Origin: Microbacterium sp.
GTDB taxonomy: Bacteria > Actinomycetota > Actinomycetes > Actinomycetales > Microbacteriaceae
Length of the DNA stretch: 64,000 nucleotides
Direction: 5' to 3'
Assembly: GCA_031555335.1 (NCBI GenBank)
Contig: JAVBUN010000096.1
Location: 2,893-66,892, forward strand
Made by a program: the position numbers and the translations under genes. Position 1 is the stretch's first letter. Every line of letters begins with the position of its first letter. Of this stretch, positions 58,256 to 64,000 are shown in pieces. The notes below the pieces were generated by a model. That model had not been told where the DNA came from. It ran no database searches and was given only the letters and a program-made list of their open reading frames with translations.

Positions 58256-59970
58256 CGGACGCTCCGCGGGATCTCGGTCGTGGGCGGCACCTGGATCAGC
58301 GGCGTCGCGGCCAACAGCTGCTTGGTGTACGGGTGGGAGACGTCGTCCACGGTCAGGCGCCCGACGTCGTCGATGCGCTCGACGATCTCGCCGTCCTTCA
58401 TGACGAGCACCCGATCGCACAGCGCACGCACCACACCGAGATCGTGCGAGATGAACAGCACCGACGTCCCCATCTCGGCGTTCATCCGCCGCACGAGCGC
58501 CAGAACCTCCCGCTGCACGGTGACATCCAGGGCCGTCGTCGGCTCATCGGCGACGAGCAGCTGTGCCTCCGTGCTCATGGCGGAGGCGATCATCGCCCGT
58601 TGCTTCATCCCCCCGGACAGCTGGTGCGGGTACTGCCGCATCCGTCCTTCCGGATCGGTGAGCAGCACCTGACGGAAGCGCTCGATCAGGTTCCGCCGCG
58701 CCGCACGGCGCGGGTGGCCGAGGACGCGCACGAGCACGTCGGAGAGCTGCGACCCGACGGTCAGGGCGGGGTTCAGGGCCGTGCCGGGGTCCTGGTAGAT
58801 CATGGCGACCCGCCGGGCCATGTCCTTGCCGGACACCCGTGTCGTGAGATCGGTGCCCGCCAGGGTGAGCGTGCCCACCGACGCGGACAGACCCTCGGCC
58901 AGGAGCTTCGAGACGACGGAGGCGGTCACGGACTTCCCCGAGCCCGATTCGCCCACGATGCCCACCACCTCGCCCCGACCGACCGTGAACGAGACGTCGG
59001 ACACGAGGGCGCGGCCCGTCTGGCTGTGGCGGACGGTGAGACCGTCGACGACGAGCAGGGGGTCGCCGGCGGGCACGATGGCGGGGATGGCGGGGTCGCG
59101 CACCAGACGCGCGCGACTGACGTTGGAGCGCGGGTTCGACGCGGCGGCGAGGCCGTCGCCGATGAACAGCGACGCCAGCGAGGCGAACACGAGTGCCACC
59201 GCAGGCGGGACGACCAGCACGGGGTTGGTGAAGATCTTCCGTACGCCCTCGTTCAGCAGCGAGCCCCAGTCGAACGCCGGGCTCTGCGCGCCGAGCCCGA
59301 TGAACGAGAGTCCGGAGAGCTCGACGAGGGCGCCGGCGAAGGCCGCGGAGATGAGGATGAGGAGCGGCTCCGCCATGTTGGGGAGCACGTGGCGTACCGC
59401 GATGCGCCCGGTGGGCACTCCCATCAGCCGCGCGGTGACCACGTACTCGCGCGAGGCGAGTCCGGCCGCGAGGTTGGCGGTCAGGCGCGCGAATCCCGCG
59501 GTGTTGGCGACGGCGATCGCGAGCACGGCGGGCACGATCCCCCGTCCGAGGATCGCGGCCACCACGATGGCGATCAGCATCGCCGGGTAGGACACCAGGA
59601 ACTCGATGATACGGAGCGAGAACTCGCGGACACGACGCGGCGACAGCCACACGCCGACACCGATGCCGATGCCGACGACCCCCGCGAGGACGGTGGTCGC
59701 GGCGGCGGCGAGCATCGTCACCCGGGTGGCGACCAGCGTCCGCGCCAGCATGTCGCGTCCCAGACCGTCGGTGCCCATGGGGTGCGCGGCCGTCGGACCC
59801 GAGTTCGGATCGCCCGTCATGGTCGACGCGGCATCCGACAGGAAGATCGGGGCGAGGATCGCGACCAGCACGAGCACGCCGAACATCGCCAGTCCCACGT
59901 AGAGCAGCGGCGCGGAACGGAAGCGGATCCGCCGCGCGGTGGGGGGCGGCGGGGTCTGCAGGTTAACCAC
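58252..59970 (-). CDS. Fused ABC permease-ATPase (DppC-DppD-like)
   Basis: 'HPMGTDGLGRD', 'HVLPN', then 'GESGSGKS', 'YPHQLSGGMKQR'. Confidence 0.9.
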   Translation of the reverse strand: MVNLQTPPPPTARRIRFRSAPLLYVGLAMFGVLVLVAILAPIFLSDAASTMTGDPNSGPTAAHPMGTDGLGRDMLARTLVATRVTMLAAAATTVLAGVVGIGIGVGVWLSPRRVREFSLRIIEFLVSYPAMLIAIVVAAILGRGIVPAVLAIAVANTAGFARLTANLAAGLASREYVVTARLMGVPTGRIAVRHVLPNMAEPLLILISAAFAGALVELSGLSFIGLGAQSPAFDWGSLLNEGVRKIFTNPVLVVPPAVALVFASLASLFIGDGLAAASNPRSNVSRARLVRDPAIPAIVPAGDPLLVVDGLTVRHSQTGRALVSDVSFTVGRGEVVGIVGESGSGKSVTASVVSKLLAEGLSASVGTLTLAGTDLTTRVSGKDMARRVAMIYQDPGTALNPALTVGSQLSDVLVRVLGHPRRAARRNLIERFRQVLLTDPEGRMRQYPHQLSGGMKQRAMIASAMSTEAQLLVADEPTTALDVTVQREVLALVRRMNAEMGTSVLFISHDLGVVRALCDRVLVMKDGEIVERIDDVGRLTVDDVSHPYTKQLLAATPLIQVPPTTEIPRSVR

Positions 59971-61030
59971 GGTCGTCTCCGAGGGTGCGCGGGTCCACGA
60001 GGCCGAGGACGATGTCGATCAGAAGCGTGAAGAGCAGCGAGATCCCGCCGATGACGAAGACGGCGGCACGGATGACGGGATAGTCCTTGTACTCCGCGAT
60101 CGCCTGCACCACCACTCCCCCGAGTCCGGGCCACGCGAAGACGGCTTCGACGATGAGCGCGGAGCCGAGCAGCGCCGTGAGGATGATGCCCGACAACGTC
60201 AGCGCGGTCGTGAGGAGGTTGGGCATCATGTGCTTGGCGTAGAGCGTGACGGTCGGGAGGCGCCAGCCGCGGGCGGTGCGCATGTAGTCCTGCTCGAGGA
60301 CCACGGAGGTCTCCCGGCGGACGATGCGGGCGACGGAGGCGATGCAGCCGATGCTGAGGGCCACGATCGGCAGGATCGCGGATTCGGCGACGCCGTACGC
60401 CGGCGAATACGCGGGCGGGAGCACCGCCAGCCAGACGGAGAACACCGTGACCAGGATCGTCGCCTGGACGTACGCGGGGATGGAGGAGATCAGGCCGGTG
60501 CCGGCATTGAAGCCGTGGTCGAGCCACCGGTGCCGGTCACCGCGGGCGACGATGCCGACGGCCATGCCGAGGGCGAGACCGACCACGAGGAAGACGATCA
60601 GCGAGATGAAGGCGATCGAGATGGTGTACGGAGCCGCCGCGGCGACGATCTGGGTCGCCGGCACCCGGTACTGGAACGAGACGCCGAAGTCGCCGCGGAC
60701 GACGTTCGCCAGATAGCTGCCGAACTGGGCGTACAGCGGCTGGTCGAGACCCAGCTCCGTGCGGATCTGGTCGACCTCGGACTGGCTCGCCCCCTCCCCG
60801 GCGATCGCGGAGGCGGGGTCTCCCGGGATCAGCTGGACGATCAGGAACGTGATGACGATGAGCAGGGCGAGGTTCACGACCAGGCCGATGCCGCGCCGCA
60901 GCAGGAATCGACGCCACGCGCCGCCGAGGGTGCTGGCCCGGGGGGCCTGCGGGCCGGCCGGCGAAGGCCGGCCCGCAGGGCTCCCCGAATCGGACGACGC
61001 GGGCGAGCGTCCATCCACGGTGTTCGTCAA
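59963..61030 (-). CDS. ABC permease (DppB-like)
   Basis: 'PGDP', 'LGLDQPL', 'DYMRTAR', 'VFAWPGLG'; start uncertain. Confidence 0.88.
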   Translation of the reverse strand: MTNTVDGRSPASSDSGSPAGRPSPAGPQAPRASTLGGAWRRFLLRRGIGLVVNLALLIVITFLIVQLIPGDPASAIAGEGASQSEVDQIRTELGLDQPLYAQFGSYLANVVRGDFGVSFQYRVPATQIVAAAAPYTISIAFISLIVFLVVGLALGMAVGIVARGDRHRWLDHGFNAGTGLISSIPAYVQATILVTVFSVWLAVLPPAYSPAYGVAESAILPIVALSIGCIASVARIVRRETSVVLEQDYMRTARGWRLPTVTLYAKHMMPNLLTTALTLSGIILTALLGSALIVEAVFAWPGLGGVVVQAIAEYKDYPVIRAAVFVIGGISLLFTLLIDIVLGLVDPRTLGDDRG

Positions 61031-61069
61031 GGGAGCCTCCTCGTCGATCCGGTTCGGGATGAGGGACGG

Positions 61070-62638
61070 TCAGCCGATGATGCGCATCGACGAGATGTCC
61101 CAGTTGTTCGAGAACACCGTCGACGCGTACCCCTCACGGGCGATCACGTAGTGGGTGTCCGTGACGAGCGGGACCACGTCGACGTGCTCGAGGATGGTGC
61201 GCTGCGCATTGCCGAACGCCTCGCACTGCGCCTCCGGGTCGGCGGCGGCGAGCCCCTCCTGGAGGAACGCGTACCCCTCGGCGTTGTCGACACCGGCGAT
61301 GTTGCGGCCACCGTTCGCGGCGGTCGGCCCGACGTACGTCGCGATCGCCTGGCTGAGCGGGTTGGCGACGGACGTCGCGTTCACGGCCAGGTCCCACTTC
61401 TCCGGCTCGCCGCGCATCTGCGACTGCCAGTCGGCGGGGTCGAGCGCCGAGACCTCGACGGTCGCGCCGCCGGCCCGGAGCGATTCCGCGAGGAAGTCGG
61501 CGGCCGGGTCCCAGTTGGAGACCGTGAGGAGACGGATGGTCGTCCCGGCGAGCACCTTGGCCGCCGCGGCCGGGTCGAGCCCCGGAAGCAGGTCGGTGCC
61601 GTCGATCACGCAGTCCACCGTCGAGGCGTCGATGGAGGTCTGCGGCGTGGCGAGGCCGCCCAGCGCCGCGGCGCTGAAGCCCTCGGGATCGATCGCCTGG
61701 GCGACCGCGGTCCGCAGCTCGATGTTGTCGAGGAACACCGAACCCGCGCCCGGGGTCTGGTTGAAGATCAGCGTGTTCGCCGAGCTCGGCATCGTGACGT
61801 AGGAGAACGCGTCATCGTCCACGAAGCGCTCCACGTTCGCGTCGTAGAAGCGGGTGATGTCGATACCGCCGTCCGCGAGGAGGTTGGCGCTCGTGTTCGA
61901 GTCCGACGAGACCGTGATGTTGATGGTCTTGGCGGGGGTGCCCTCGACCGACCAGTCCGGCCACGCGTCGTAGTCGTCGCGCAACGTGTAGGTGGCACCG
62001 ACGCCCGCGGTGGAGCTCTCGAGCGTGTAGGGGCCCGACCAGGCGCCGTCGACGGTTCCCGCGGCGAGCCCCTCGAGGTCGGCGAGGCCTGCGGGGCAGA
62101 TGATGCCCGTGTTCGACTGGCTGAGTCCCTGCAGGACGTCGGCGTACGGAGCGGCGAGGGCGACGGTGACCGTGCCCGCCGCGTCGTCGGCGGTGATCGT
62201 CGGCGTCTCGGGCCCGAAGACCGACGAGCGTGCCGCCTGGGCCGCGGCGTTGTCGACCGTGGCGAAGTAGTCGAGCGAGTCGGCCACGATCGTCGGGGTG
62301 ATGACGGTGCCGTCCGCGCAGGTCGCGTCGTCGCGGATCGTGAAGACGTAGTCGGTCGCGGACGCGGCCTCCCACTCCGTCGCGAGCCCGCCGATGAACC
62401 CCTCCGTCTCACCCGGGCGGATGAGTGTGTCGAAGCCCAGTCGAGCCGCGTCCCCGTCGGAGTCCGAAGAGATGATGGCCGGGTCGAAGACGCTCGGGGC
62501 GTACCAGAGCTCGGTGTTGATGGTGTCGGTGCTGCCCGCTGCCGTCTCGCTCGTCGGCGCGGCGCCCGCACAGGCGGTCACCGCCAGGCCGACGGCGCTC
62601 GTCAGCGCCAGGACGGCGAGGGCTCTCTTCTTGTTCAC
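61070..62638 (-). CDS. ABC substrate-binding lipoprotein, family 5
   Basis: GTG start with GGAGG RBS, lipobox 'VTAC', 'LA.EW', 'F.IR...DGT', 'SGPY'. Confidence 0.87.
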   Translation of the reverse strand: MNKKRALAVLALTSAVGLAVTACAGAAPTSETAAGSTDTINTELWYAPSVFDPAIISSDSDGDAARLGFDTLIRPGETEGFIGGLATEWEAASATDYVFTIRDDATCADGTVITPTIVADSLDYFATVDNAAAQAARSSVFGPETPTITADDAAGTVTVALAAPYADVLQGLSQSNTGIICPAGLADLEGLAAGTVDGAWSGPYTLESSTAGVGATYTLRDDYDAWPDWSVEGTPAKTINITVSSDSNTSANLLADGGIDITRFYDANVERFVDDDAFSYVTMPSSANTLIFNQTPGAGSVFLDNIELRTAVAQAIDPEGFSAAALGGLATPQTSIDASTVDCVIDGTDLLPGLDPAAAAKVLAGTTIRLLTVSNWDPAADFLAESLRAGGATVEVSALDPADWQSQMRGEPEKWDLAVNATSVANPLSQAIATYVGPTAANGGRNIAGVDNAEGYAFLQEGLAAADPEAQCEAFGNAQRTILEHVDVVPLVTDTHYVIAREGYASTVFSNNWDISSMRIIG

Positions 62639-62715
62639 GTGATGTCCTCCATAGGCGATCGCGGGTGGTGCTTCGGGTGAAGGTGGAGCATCTGGACGAC
62701 TCACCACAGGAGGAG

Positions 62716-62760
62716 AGCGCATCCAATCAACGACATTATGTATCCAATCATGGATCCATA
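62716..62760. promoter_or_regulatory. GntR operator L (three cores)
   Basis: GCATCCAAT at 62719, GTATCCAAT at 62740, TGGATCCAT with core at 62752. Confidence 0.68.
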
Positions 62761-62876
62761 GCGACATGCGATCGCGGATGGGGCTGCGCGAGTTTCGCGC
62801 AGCCCGCGTGAACAACCAGAACCGCAGAGGTCGATGGCGGACCGGGGCGTCACCCGCGCTCCGCCACGCGCGCCGA

Positions 62877-63486
62877 TTACTGGGCTGCCAGGTGAGCCGC
62901 GCGATAGTGCCGCGGCGAGAGCCCCGTCGTCCGCTGGAACGAAGTGCTGAACGCGCTCTCCGACCAGAAACCGAGGGCCGTGGCGATCTCGCCGACCGAG
63001 GCGTCACCGGACATGAGCTGCCGCTCGGCGAGAAGAGTACGCCAGCGCTGCAGGTACCGCATCGGCGGTGCCCCCGCAGTCGCCCGGAAGCGATCGACGA
63101 AGGCCGTGCGCGACATCGCCACGAGGCGCGCCAGCTCGTCGAGCGACCACCGCCGGGCAGGTTCCGCGTGCATCGCACGCACCGCCTCACCCAGTCGGTC
63201 GTCGGTGACGAGTCGGAGCATGCCCGGCGGGAAGGCCGCCGCCTCGTCGGCGAGGAGGGCGCGGAAGATCTCCACGAGGAGCAGCTGTGCGTGCAGCTTC
63301 CCGCTCACCTGGGCGGCCGGTGGATGCGTCGTCATCTCGTAGAGGATCCGCTTGAGGAGTCAGCCGATCGCCGAGGTGGCGCCTCCGTGCGCGGAGAGCC
63401 TGGTCACGACCGGGAGCGAGTCCAGCAGGAGCGATTCCCGCACCCGGTCCATTTCGATATGCCCGCCGACGATCGCGACGTCGGCG
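62877..63486 (-). pseudogene. AraC (cupin + HTH) regulator pseudogene
   Basis: Intact HTH 'MSRTAF..RF....G.PP..YL..WR', 'SESAFS'; in-frame TGA at 63360-63362; 5' end replaced by the FGE fragment. Confidence 0.82.
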
Positions 63487-63683
63487 CGGTCACGGGCCGC
63501 TCGGGATGACGCCCGACGATGCCGAGCAGCTCCGCGAAGACATCCTCGGTGACGGGGTAGACGCCGATCTCGAACGACTCGAGAGTGACATTGCGGCGGG
63601 TCCTCGTGCGCGCGTCGTGCAGCGTGACCGTACCGGCGGCGATCCGCGCCATCTCGATTTCCGTCACCTCGGCACTCTACCCA
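63487..63683 (-). pseudogene. 5' remnant of the FGE-family gene plus upstream region (direct repeat of 7947-8143)
   Basis: MTEIEMARIAAGTVTLHDART...GRHPERPVT matches the first 60 aa of 7375-8127, then shifts into AraC sequence. Confidence 0.88.
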
Positions 63684-63695
63684 GGCGCCGTGTCG

Positions 63696-64000
63696 TTAGC
63701 GCGACGCGGTGAGCACGCTCCGCTGCTCCGCGAGCGGGCAGGTGAACACGTCTCGCTCCCCCAGCCCGACGCGGTTGATGTAGCGCACCACGATCGCGTA
63801 CGACGCGAACAGGCCGGTCTGCGTGTACGGCACGCCACGCTCCCGGCAGTACGCCGCGATGATCGGGGCGGCGCGGCGCAGGTGGGGGCGCGGCATGGAC
63901 GGGTACAGGTGGTGCTCGATCTGGTAGTTGAGCCCGCCCATCGCGATGTCGAGCAGCCGGCTCCCCCGCACGTCGCGGCTCATCATGACCTGCCGCCGGA
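63696..64000 (-). CDS. Fatty acid (acyl-CoA) desaturase, 3' part
   Basis: 'GGLNYQIEHHLYP' His box. Confidence 0.88.
   Translation of the reverse strand, partial: RRQVMMSRDVRGSRLLDIAMGGLNYQIEHHLYPSMPRPHLRRAAPIIAAYCRERGVPYTQTGLFASYAIVVRYINRVGLGERDVFTCPLAEQRSVLTASR

Noticed and set aside
58252-59970. Permease-ATPase fusion as a novelty
   Set aside because: DppC-DppD fusions are common in Actinobacteria

Overview
High-GC (~70%) actinobacterial DNA, most likely Microbacteriaceae/Microbacterium. The left end holds a fructose PTS operon (fruR-fruK-fruA, partial), a hypothetical Fe-cupin-like gene and a GmrSD-like (DUF262/DUF1524) gene. The right end holds a fatty-acid desaturase 3' end. Between them, a formylglycine-generating-enzyme (FGE)-family gene occurs as one intact copy (7375-8127) plus a 3' remnant (5813-5877) and a 5' remnant (63487-63683). 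These direct repeats bracket a small SDR/TetR cassette and a ~55-kb integrase-free island (8144-63486). The island has two modules. Module 1 is a guanidine/urea carboxylase pathway (cgdAB-uca-atzF, an AHL-lactonase-like gene and an SSS transporter) with AmtR-like and GlnR-like boxes. Module 2 is a ~45-kb, ~40-gene catabolic cluster: GS-like ligase, Rieske oxygenase and reductase, GGT, Cu amine oxidase, sarcosine-oxidase-like and GMC oxidases, ALDH, two flavin monooxygenases, four PTE-family proteins, three other amidohydrolases, two amidases, a DoeA-like M24 hydrolase, two RidA proteins, a deaminase and ABC/MFS transporters. All 12 promoter-like sites I found in module 2 carry a paired (T)GGATCC(A) palindrome with exactly 21-bp spacing, resembling the VanR operator and pointing to the single GntR/FCD regulator at 47795-48514. 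Several enzymes occur as intact plus active-site-degenerate paralog pairs. The substrate is unknown; an organic-nitrogen (amine/amide/N-heterocycle) scavenging role is inferred. No rRNA, tRNA, CRISPR, integrase or transposase was seen.
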